A stretch of 64,000 bases of DNA from a virus (lineage: Duplodnaviria; Caudoviricetes), in the IMG/VR virus record IMGVR_UViG_3300006805_000023; one strand, 5' to 3'. The notes beneath the pieces are model-generated. The model saw only the letters and a program-made list of their open reading frames with translations, ran no database searches and was not told the origin of the DNA. Numbering within the stretch: the first letter of the stretch is position 1; each line of letters starts with the position of its first letter. The position numbers and the translations under genes are program-made. Positions 51,595 through 59,645 of the stretch are shown here, piece after piece.

Positions 51595-53259
51595 TCAGCG
51601 CTTGTGGTAAATGAAGCAAAGCTTCTCAGAGCCCCAGACTTTCCGGAGCAGATTCGTCTCCGCGTAGGCCGCCTCAGTGGTTGACATCTTTTGAGCCCTG
51701 CCCCAGACGGTGCGCTTGTGAACGACCCAGCCGAGCTGATCCACGTAGTAGTAGTCGGGAGCGACCGTGTGACTGAACCGGAAGTTGCTGGCCCGGTAGA
51801 GGCCGCCTGAGTGGCCCATCGTGGTGTCCGCGTAGGTCACAACGTCCTGACCGCTAAGCTTGAGACAACGCGACAAAAACCACGATCCAAGGTTCTTGAC
51901 CTGGTAGGCCGGGTCAAGCCAGAACCGCGTCAGCTCCACGGCGTCCTTGTATTTGAGGGTCTGCTCGTTGCGCTGGAACGGCCCAAACGAACACGCCCCG
52001 ATGACGGTTTCACCCGAGAACAGCCCAAGATGTTGTTTGCCACGGCTTGACCCCAGGTAATGACGCGAGTAAACGACCTGCGACTCCCGGAACGTGATCT
52101 CGCGAATCGCCAGAGCCTTGAAGTCAACTTCGTGCAACGCTGGCTTGTCAGCCAGGCCTAGCATCTCTTTGATCCGGTGCAGCACGCGCCCCTCGGTGTG
52201 GAACTCAAGCTCCCAGATCACTGCCAGCCTGACACCGGGGCAATAGCGCTCCACGTAGGTCGCCTTAGCCTTGTCACGCGGACCGGCGGCTGGCTTGCCA
52301 TGCCAGTACTCCCCGTGGCACTCGATCAAAAGGTTGTGGTCTGGAACCCAGACGTCGAAGTTCCAGGGTCCGATCGGATGCTCGGACGCCCACTTGATGC
52401 CAAGCGAATCCAGGATAGCAAACACTGCCTTGTTGAGAGATGACACCACTGGTTGGTTAGCGCGGGCCACAGCCATCTTGGCCTTGACAACCTCGCTCTG
52501 CATGGCGTCCCTGACGCTCTGCTTAAACTCTCCAGTAGCGCCAAGCTCGCGTGACTTCGCACAAAAACGCTCCACCCAGACAGGGTCGTCCCAGTAGGAC
52601 TGCAGCCGGTGCTGCAGCTCAGGATCGGCCATCGCTTCCAGGTGCCTGCGCCGAACCTCCGGGTTGTCCCAGTTGGCCTTCACAATGCCTGTCAGGCGCT
52701 CCCGGTACTCTGGGTTGGCCCAGCACTGCTGCGACATTGTGGACATAGCAGCCGCGTAGTCCGGGTCCTGCCAGCGCACCAGGGTGGCGGTGCGCAGCCG
52801 CTCGCGCAGGCTGATCGACCGCATCGCTAGCAAATGCCGGTCGCGCACCTCTGGGTTCGAGTACGACTCCTTGAGAGTCATAGCCATGTTGGCGCGGTAT
52901 ACCGGGTCTGCAGCACGCCTGCGGATCATGGTCAGCCAGCCCTCATCCTGTGACCGCTTTCTGATGGCGGCCCGCATCCGACCAGAAGTTTCTGGATCAG
53001 TCCAGGCCGCCTTGCTCTGCTGCGACAGGCGCTGGCGCTCTTCGGAAGTGGCTGGCACGCCCTTGTTATGTGGGACCACCCGTCCTTCAGCCTGTGCCTC
53101 CTTGAAACCGGCCTGCTGTTTCTCCCGATAGTCGGGTGACTTTATGACGCACTTAAAACAACGGGTCTCGCCCTTGCGCTTGCGGCGGGACACGGTCATG
53201 CGGTTCACGATCTCTATCGTTCCGCACGCCGAACATGTCACTGTGTAAACCTTAGCCAC
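51595..53259 (-). CDS. Zn-ribbon + helical repeats + DUF559/Vsr-like nuclease + Mom-like GNAT fusion
   Basis: CSAC/CFKC; W.(D/N)P.YR repeats; FDVW..IECHGEYWHG; VELTRFW..GSWFLSRCLK..TYAD..GHSGGLYRASNF. Confidence 0.75.
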   Translation of the reverse strand: MAKVYTVTCSACGTIEIVNRMTVSRRKRKGETRCFKCVIKSPDYREKQQAGFKEAQAEGRVVPHNKGVPATSEERQRLSQQSKAAWTDPETSGRMRAAIRKRSQDEGWLTMIRRRAADPVYRANMAMTLKESYSNPEVRDRHLLAMRSISLRERLRTATLVRWQDPDYAAAMSTMSQQCWANPEYRERLTGIVKANWDNPEVRRRHLEAMADPELQHRLQSYWDDPVWVERFCAKSRELGATGEFKQSVRDAMQSEVVKAKMAVARANQPVVSSLNKAVFAILDSLGIKWASEHPIGPWNFDVWVPDHNLLIECHGEYWHGKPAAGPRDKAKATYVERYCPGVRLAVIWELEFHTEGRVLHRIKEMLGLADKPALHEVDFKALAIREITFRESQVVYSRHYLGSSRGKQHLGLFSGETVIGACSFGPFQRNEQTLKYKDAVELTRFWLDPAYQVKNLGSWFLSRCLKLSGQDVVTYADTTMGHSGGLYRASNFRFSHTVAPDYYYVDQLGWVVHKRTVWGRAQKMSTTEAAYAETNLLRKVWGSEKLCFIYHKR

Positions 53260-53264
53260 TGTTC

Positions 53265-53293
53265 ACCCTACACCCGAGGAGCCGCTCGGTCAA
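53265..53293 (-). promoter_or_regulatory. sigma70-type promoter, leaderless
   Basis: TTGACC-N17-TAGGGT, GTG 53259 after 5 nt. Confidence 0.75.
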
Positions 53294-53298
53294 CCCAG

Positions 53299-55791
53299 TT
53301 ACTTCTGTTTCTTGGCTTTCCTGATGTCGCGAGCCATCTCCTCGACTCCCTCGTCGTCATCCTGGCGCTTGCGCTTGCGTGGATTCTCTTCCTCGTCCTC
53401 TTCCTCCGGCATTGGCTCAGAACCAATTGACGAAAGGTACATGTAAGCTGGGTCGCAGCGGCAGATGATGCGGTTGTTGCCACCTTCATTACGGGAAGCG
53501 ATCGGGATGAGGTGCAGAGTGCCCTCTTTCTTGTACCTACGCAATGCGTAACAATAGTCACAAATCCCAACCCACTCGAAGCTCGCCGCCATGTGTTTCA
53601 TACCTGGACGGTTGGATGACTGCTCCTCACGGTTAGAACGGGCTGCCGTCCAGAGTGGGAACTTCCATTTCTGAGCTACTGAGCGCAGGTCGGTCGCGAT
53701 GATGACCTTCTCCAAGTAGTCCTTCTCCTTCTTCTGGTCGGACCCCACAAGGTTCAGGTAGTCGATGACTACCATGCCGAACACGATGCCGTGCTCGCGC
53801 TGCATCATTTCGAGGTAGTCATCCAGCACCTTGGGTGTGAACTTGTAGGCGTCAAAGTACTTGATGACGATGTTCTTGCCTGGCTGATAGATGTTCTTGA
53901 CGCGGATCTTCCAGTAGTCGATGAACCCCTCTGGGTTGCGCATCATGTCGTGCTTGGTCCGCATCGTGGTGCGCACTCCAAACCGCAGGAGCTGAAGATG
54001 CTCCGACAGCTCCAGGGTGATGTAAAGAGTGTTGACCCCCACGCCGCGCTTCACGGCGTTAAAGGCGAAGTTGAGCATCGTCCCACTGTTGTGTGTGACC
54101 GTAAAGTCGCCGAGGAGGTAGCGATGGTTGCCATCAGTCCTCCAGCCGCACCAGTCGCCCTCCCCAACTGGCTCCACTTTGATCGGTGTCCGGTCTGTCA
54201 CCTTCACGGAGTCGGTGCCGCGCTTGCGTGCCAGCTTGGTTGGGATCTCGCTGACCTTGCCCTGGATGAGGGTCCGGAACGCGGTGTGATAGGTCTTGGT
54301 GCCGTCTGGGTGAACACAGGACGACCTGAACTCGACAACATGTGCTCTGAACCCAAGGCTGCGGGCCAGCCAACAGGCGTCGTCGCAGAGAGTCCGGTTG
54401 GTGTTGTTGAACGTGAACCCATTCACGCGCAGGAAATGACCATCGCTGTCGATCATCCCAGCCAGCACCTGGAGCCTGACCTCGCGACTGTTAAACTTGT
54501 AGAGGTCGGGCACGTGCTTCAGGCTGCCAGCCCCACCCAAACCAACCGAGCGTAGAGCTTGTTTCAGCGGGTTAAAACCGGGGGAGTCAGTAACCAAGTT
54601 GACGTTTGAACATTTCGCTCTCACCCTAGCACCGGTCTTATCCACTCTGAACTTCTGCTGCTCACTAATTCTGAGCCCCCACTGAGAAGCCAGGCCGCTT
54701 AGATAATCCTTTACCTCGTGATCGTCATCTGCACTACAAATCCCAGTGTTCCGTATCACTCCGTCGCCAAGCCAAAGCCCAATGTAGTAGGGGCAGACCA
54801 GAGTGGCCTGAGACGGAAACTCGACGCCAGCCTTGAAGCCCTGCCAGGTCCGCTTGAACCACGGCTTCTGTTTGGCGTATTCCTCAGCAGTCATCTCCAG
54901 GGTCTGTTCAGTGTGATACCTGGCTTGCTGCGGGACCTCTGTATCAGGGCGTTTCAAGACGAGCTTGTGCTCAGCAGTGACTGTGTAGGAGTCGCCGTTG
55001 GCCTGAGTCACCTTAAACATCTGTCCTCGCCCGGTGCCAAGCTCCAACACCCGACGAGGAGTTGAGTCATCCCCCATCAGCAAGTCACCGAGCTTCACTT
55101 CTTTGGCGAGCTTGATACTCCCGTCGAACATCATAACCGGCTGATTTGGTTCCGAGCACTTGAAGCCCTTAGGCGGTGCCATGAGCATGCAAAGGTCGCC
55201 CTGTCTTGGTCCCCCGCCCAGCTCGGCGTCAAAGTGGACCAACCCGGTTGGGATCGCGGGTCGCCACTTAGGGTCGGTCTCGTTCCTCACCATGGTCTCT
55301 GTAGCGCCGATCACCAGACTTCCCGGATCGGTCTTCTTGGTGCCAGCCATCAGAGCCACCCGGAAGCGGTCAACCAGTGCTGCGTCGATCTTACCGGCCT
55401 GCAGGTCATCCAGGGTCTCGACCACCGCTGACTGAAGGGCCTTTCCTTGCAAGAACTGGGCCAGTCGTGCTGCCACGTAGGCCGGTGAAGCACTAGGGGG
55501 CTTACAGATCTCCTCGACGTGGTCCAGAAGCGTCTGGCGCTGTCTCTTTTCGCGCTCATTGCCAGCGGCGAAGGCCACCAGAATGTGGTCACGCAGGACG
55601 GACCGTGACGGGATCGCCCGATAGGTCCTGTAGTAGTCCTGGGCCATCCCCCACAACATCTGGGACGAAGCGTCCAGCAGATACTCCGGTTTGAGCGAGG
55701 ACTCGCATCCTAGGAACAGTCCCTGATCGGCCAGCACGGTGCGGACTACCTCAAGCTCAAAATCAGGATCTTCGGTCAGTAGGGTTGCCAT
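53299..55791 (-). CDS. dnaB: replicative DnaB/gp41-like helicase with intein
   Basis: PTG...DAELGGG, Walker A APPKGFK|S, YITLE, VVIDY, WTAARSNR. Confidence 0.9.
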   Translation of the reverse strand: MATLLTEDPDFELEVVRTVLADQGLFLGCESSLKPEYLLDASSQMLWGMAQDYYRTYRAIPSRSVLRDHILVAFAAGNEREKRQRQTLLDHVEEICKPPSASPAYVAARLAQFLQGKALQSAVVETLDDLQAGKIDAALVDRFRVALMAGTKKTDPGSLVIGATETMVRNETDPKWRPAIPTGLVHFDAELGGGPRQGDLCMLMAPPKGFKCSEPNQPVMMFDGSIKLAKEVKLGDLLMGDDSTPRRVLELGTGRGQMFKVTQANGDSYTVTAEHKLVLKRPDTEVPQQARYHTEQTLEMTAEEYAKQKPWFKRTWQGFKAGVEFPSQATLVCPYYIGLWLGDGVIRNTGICSADDDHEVKDYLSGLASQWGLRISEQQKFRVDKTGARVRAKCSNVNLVTDSPGFNPLKQALRSVGLGGAGSLKHVPDLYKFNSREVRLQVLAGMIDSDGHFLRVNGFTFNNTNRTLCDDACWLARSLGFRAHVVEFRSSCVHPDGTKTYHTAFRTLIQGKVSEIPTKLARKRGTDSVKVTDRTPIKVEPVGEGDWCGWRTDGNHRYLLGDFTVTHNSGTMLNFAFNAVKRGVGVNTLYITLELSEHLQLLRFGVRTTMRTKHDMMRNPEGFIDYWKIRVKNIYQPGKNIVIKYFDAYKFTPKVLDDYLEMMQREHGIVFGMVVIDYLNLVGSDQKKEKDYLEKVIIATDLRSVAQKWKFPLWTAARSNREEQSSNRPGMKHMAASFEWVGICDYCYALRRYKKEGTLHLIPIASRNEGGNNRIICRCDPAYMYLSSIGSEPMPEEEDEEENPRKRKRQDDDEGVEEMARDIRKAKKQK
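54088..55158 (-). mobile_element. intein with LAGLIDADG homing endonuclease (357 aa)
   Basis: N-terminal Cys (CSEPNQ), C-terminal THN followed by Ser; IGLWLGDG and LAGMIDSDG motifs. Confidence 0.92.
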
Positions 55792-55848
55792 TCGGGAGTG
55801 TTACGGGGTGTGGGGGAAGGAGACTGTTAGAAAGCCCGCCCAGAATGC

Positions 55849-55857
55849 GTAGCTATC
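55849..55857 (+). promoter_or_regulatory. putative late promoter
   Basis: GTAGCTATC, 3 nt before ATG 55861. Confidence 0.7.
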
Positions 55858-55860
55858 AGC

Positions 55861-56115
55861 ATGGCAAAGAGCACTCTTACCCCTACCGACCAGACCGCTG
55901 ATTCAACTCCAGGGCAGTCTGGTGCGCCTACACGCAAGTATCGTCTGGTAAACCGGATGGGGCAGAAGGTGGTCGTCAACATCGTGGTCAACGGTGTTCA
56001 GGAGTCAATCGAGCTTGGCATCCAGGAGAAGAGCCGCCCGTACTCGACCGCAGACTTCGGGCCTCATGCTGAGACCCTCAGAAGGTCACGCCATCTGATG
56101 ATCGAGGCTTGCTAA
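55861..56115 (+). CDS. hypothetical late protein
   Basis: 84 aa. Confidence 0.7.
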   Translation: MAKSTLTPTDQTADSTPGQSGAPTRKYRLVNRMGQKVVVNIVVNGVQESIELGIQEKSRPYSTADFGPHAETLRRSRHLMIEAC

Positions 56116-56388
56116 GCCTTCAGTCCTTCGCCACGCCAGCGTTCCATGTTTGCCTGAATGAACTCCTTCAGGTTCTTCGGCTGGTACTTCGCTTTAGCCC
56201 ATTCCAGGAAGGCGAATGATTTGAGTCCAATCGACGGAACCGAGCCAACCCCCCTTCTCCTGCCAGATCTGATAACCGAGTGGGGTGAAAGAGGCGTCCC
56301 AGCGACGCGCTTCCACTTGAAGGGACGCAGTCTTGTATGGGTCGTTGGACTCGGCCAGAGCCTTGAGGCTCGAAGTAACGTTGGTCAT
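56112..56388 (-). pseudogene. type-B-tagged protein with apparent +1 frameshift at G6 run
   Basis: MTNVTSSLKALAES; removing one base at 56249-56254 gives 91 aa ending at TAG 56112. Confidence 0.55.
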
Positions 56389-56780
56389 ACCCGCTTAGAA
56401 AGAAGCTTGCCAACAAAACGCTCAACGGATTCGTTCTGTGGGATGTTTGGGTCGTCACGCTCCTCGCGCTCGGCCTTGAGCTGCATCAGGACGCGCTTGC
56501 CGGAGGCCCTGGCAGAGAATGAGTTAAGGCGTTGCGTCAGGATGGCCTTCATTTCATCCGGGTTAGCTGCCCCCTCGATCATATTAGCAGTATGACGCCC
56601 CCAAGAGCTATCCATCAGAGCCACGACGTCCTCATCGTGCTGAATCTTGTAGGCCTCTTTGACGATCTGACAGGCAGCTGCGAAGATCTTGTCGGCCATG
56701 CTGGTGATCATCTTGCTGCTCAGAGAAGCAAAATAGAAGCCGTGGCCGGTGTTGTTGCTGATGAAGGTCGTTTCGTTCAT
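56385..56780 (-). CDS. hypothetical late protein
   Basis: 131 aa. Confidence 0.7.
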   Translation of the reverse strand: MNETTFISNNTGHGFYFASLSSKMITSMADKIFAAACQIVKEAYKIQHDEDVVALMDSSWGRHTANMIEGAANPDEMKAILTQRLNSFSARASGKRVLMQLKAEREERDDPNIPQNESVERFVGKLLSKRV

Positions 56781-56784
56781 GTAG

Positions 56785-56793
56785 GATAGTTAC
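56785..56793 (-). promoter_or_regulatory. putative late promoter
   Basis: GTAACTATC, 4 nt before ATG 56780. Confidence 0.7.
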
Positions 56794-58085
56794 TTGGGCT
56801 GGGAGACGATTTCATATTCTAGGGTGTGGTTGATCACCATGGCAGCGCGCAGGAGCTTGGTCTGCTGGACGCCGTCGCGCTCGCTGTGCTCCTTGACGGT
56901 GGCCTTGAAGGTAACACGGTCTCCCTCTTCGGCGCAACGGTGGGTTTCGCTGTTCCAGTTCTTGTAAGAGAATGAGCCCCCGACCAGCACATTGCCGGAG
57001 TCGTCCACCATGATCGTGAGGGTCTTAGGCCCGTAGAGTTCGCTCTCAAGGATGATGATGCGCTCGATGGTGGCCGTGAAGTTCTGGCGCTTGCCAGCTT
57101 CGCCGACATGCTTGGAGGTCTGACGGCGCAGCTCCTGAGTGGCTGCGCGGGCGACCTTGTCCTGACGCACCTTGTAGGCGACTGGCAGAGCACAGGCCAG
57201 ACCGAACGAGGTCTTGGAGGCGTAGCCAGCGCTGCAGATCACCTTGAGGTTGCGGTTGAAGTCGGATTCGGCGGACTCCTCAGCGTTCAGGGCTGCGAAG
57301 GTCTCAATGTAGAGGTCGGCGTCCTCCAGCATCTTCTCGGTGACTTCCAGCTCCATCATGGCCTGATGATTCTTGTAGGTCTCAAGGACGCGCTCGGCGG
57401 TCGGGATGGCTGTGCCGCCCTGCTCGCGTGCTCTGGTCTTGGAGAGCCAGCCGTGCTTGGCCTGGACGGCGAGGCTGCGTGCCACGATTTCGCGCAGCTC
57501 GTAGGCGGCGGCGGTTCCCTCGAATCCGAAGGATTGGGCCTGATCGAAGTCAACCAGAGCCTGGGTGATCTCGCCGAAGAATTCGAACTGGCGAGCCAGA
57601 GCCTCGGCGGAAGCGCCACCCACGAAGTCCTGCAGGCAGGTGCTGCCGACCTGCTTCCACTCGTCTGTCTCGACGTTACGGACCAGAAACAGGCCCTTGC
57701 GGAAGCGGCTGAGGTTGCAATGTTCGCACGAACAGTTGGCATCGGAAAACCGAGCCGGGATCTGCAGGCCTGGGACCGGGAAGACCAAGTTGCCCTTCGG
57801 GGTGTGCTCAACCGAGGCGGCGAACGACCAGCCGTCCAGAGTAACTGGGTGGGTGCCGTTGATCTCGATGGTGGAAACCATGAGCTTGACCGTGTCGATC
57901 TTGGTGGGGTTGCCCATCTCGTTGATCTGGAAGATGTCGCAATCCTCCATGGCCTCGCCGGTTTTCACGTAGGTCGGTTCGACCAGATGCAGGCGGCGTG
58001 CCTTGCGGCACAGGCGCTTGAACATGGCATCAAAAGCTTCGATGCGACGAACCCGGATCACGAGAGGAGTGTTTGTGTCTTCCAT
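56790..58085 (-). CDS. conserved phage protein with Zn-binding segment and C-terminal OB-fold-like domain
   Basis: CEHC...QVGSTC; GDRVTFKATVKEH..DGVQQTKL. Confidence 0.7.
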   Translation of the reverse strand: MEDTNTPLVIRVRRIEAFDAMFKRLCRKARRLHLVEPTYVKTGEAMEDCDIFQINEMGNPTKIDTVKLMVSTIEINGTHPVTLDGWSFAASVEHTPKGNLVFPVPGLQIPARFSDANCSCEHCNLSRFRKGLFLVRNVETDEWKQVGSTCLQDFVGGASAEALARQFEFFGEITQALVDFDQAQSFGFEGTAAAYELREIVARSLAVQAKHGWLSKTRAREQGGTAIPTAERVLETYKNHQAMMELEVTEKMLEDADLYIETFAALNAEESAESDFNRNLKVICSAGYASKTSFGLACALPVAYKVRQDKVARAATQELRRQTSKHVGEAGKRQNFTATIERIIILESELYGPKTLTIMVDDSGNVLVGGSFSYKNWNSETHRCAEEGDRVTFKATVKEHSERDGVQQTKLLRAAMVINHTLEYEIVSQPK

Positions 58086-58090
58086 CCCAG

Positions 58091-58119
58091 AAGATAACAC
58101 AAACTTTAGTGCTTGTCAA
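58091..58119 (-). promoter_or_regulatory. sigma70-type promoter, leaderless
   Basis: TTGACA-N17-TATCTT, ATG 58085 after 5 nt. Confidence 0.9.
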
Positions 58120-58123
58120 GTTC

Positions 58124-59641
58124 CTACGACAGCACCCGGCTCCAGGAGCGCCTGAAGGTGAAGGTCAACGAGAACCCAGAGTCCTTGCGCTGAGGCTCGT
58201 TGAAGTCAACCAGAAGACCCGTGTATGAGTTACCTGCCGAAATGGAACCGGTGGCGTTGAAGAACAGACTCCTAATCGTGCTGATGTTCAGGGAGCCGCT
58301 GGCGAACACCATCACGTAGTCGCGATAAAAGGTCCCGTTGGTGTAAGAAGACGCGGTTCCAGTAGCGCCAGTGCCCGTTGTCGGACTGTAGAACGAAGCA
58401 AAGGAAGCGGGAGGGGTGACGCGTGCGTTGCTGACGAACGCCCCGATAACTGTCGGCGACAGGTCAACGTTAGCACTCGCACTGTTGCACCAGGCCCCAT
58501 CCCAGATTCCGGCAGTTCCGCCGGTGTTCCCATACCACGTGGGAGCGCCACCGGTGGTCGGGTATGTTCCCCCGGTGATGTTAGTACTGTTGACCACTCC
58601 CTGGAACCCACCGCCGCAGGTGTAGAGGTCCGCCTTAGTGTTGTTGTAGCAGGTCCCCTGTGCAGAGGCCGTTCCTGGGTTGAGGGCCGATGTGACCGTG
58701 AAGGTGGTGGAGGTGACGGAGGCGATGGTCCACTCGGCGTTGTAAGCAGAGATGCTGGCACCAGCAATGTTCACCTTGCCGCCGGTCAGGAAGTGGTGGC
58801 TGGCTGAGGTGGTGACCGTGAAGTTGCTGCCGGTTGAGGTGATCCCGCTGATGTTGTAAGTGTAGGGCCAGCCAGTGATGGAGATCGTTGTGTTGGTCGG
58901 CCTGTTGGCTGTGATCGAGTATGGGACCGTAACGTACAGGTTGTACTGGACACGCAGTTTTTCGGTGTTGTTGACAGTGACCGGCGTGTCAAGCACGATG
59001 CGTGAGAACAGGTTGCCAGGAGTGGAGCTGGTGTTCGAAATCCCGACTTCGGTGTACACGACCGTGCCAGTCTCTGCCGTGTGGTCCCAGGTGCGACGGA
59101 GCATCATCTTACCAGTGGCGGAGTCAAAGAACATGCCCTGACTCCAGTTGCCGTCGGTGTCGGTGTAGGCGGGCCAGATAGACGTCGAGGTGCTGAGACC
59201 TCCGGTCCTTTTTAGCTCGGTGTCAAGAGCGGTCTGGCCGCACCTGAACAGGGCGAGGATGCCTCCGCTCGCAACGGTCTGCGAGGGTGATACTGTGACG
59301 GTGGTAGAATTCGTAAAAGCAGTGATCTTTGCCTCCTCCCCAGAGTTCCATTTCAGCCAGGACCCAACGTCACCAGAGACGAACGAGTATGAACTGCCGG
59401 ACAGGGTCACCGTGGTGCCCGATTGCGAGGCGGTACCGCTCACAGCAACTCTGGTAGGGGTGGTGCCAGTTCCTGCAGCGCAGTACAGGATCGAACCTAG
59501 CCACGACTTAGTAGCCAGGTAGTCCAGACCCCGATCCAGGATCAGATTGTTCTGTGCTGGGTAAGAGCGCACCACTTCACCCTGTGAATTGATGACGCTT
59601 ACGGTTATCTTGCCGTTAACGGATGTGTGGAAGTCAATCAT
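58124..59641 (-). CDS. tail/tail-fibre-associated structural protein
   Basis: Thr/Ser/Gly-rich beta protein; NNLILDRGLD, GTGTTP, EVGI, FSRIVL motifs; start MIDFH 59641. Confidence 0.65.
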   Translation of the reverse strand: MIDFHTSVNGKITVSVINSQGEVVRSYPAQNNLILDRGLDYLATKSWLGSILYCAAGTGTTPTRVAVSGTASQSGTTVTLSGSSYSFVSGDVGSWLKWNSGEEAKITAFTNSTTVTVSPSQTVASGGILALFRCGQTALDTELKRTGGLSTSTSIWPAYTDTDGNWSQGMFFDSATGKMMLRRTWDHTAETGTVVYTEVGISNTSSTPGNLFSRIVLDTPVTVNNTEKLRVQYNLYVTVPYSITANRPTNTTISITGWPYTYNISGITSTGSNFTVTTSASHHFLTGGKVNIAGASISAYNAEWTIASVTSTTFTVTSALNPGTASAQGTCYNNTKADLYTCGGGFQGVVNSTNITGGTYPTTGGAPTWYGNTGGTAGIWDGAWCNSASANVDLSPTVIGAFVSNARVTPPASFASFYSPTTGTGATGTASSYTNGTFYRDYVMVFASGSLNISTIRSLFFNATGSISAGNSYTGLLVDFNEPQRKDSGFSLTFTFRRSWSRVLS

Positions 59642-59645
59642 TGGG

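Noticed and set aside
57108-58097. Long opposite-strand ORFs (also 4512..5396, 53791..54555)
   Set aside because: Typical GC-rich antisense shadows overlapping better-supported genes, with no promoter or motif support.
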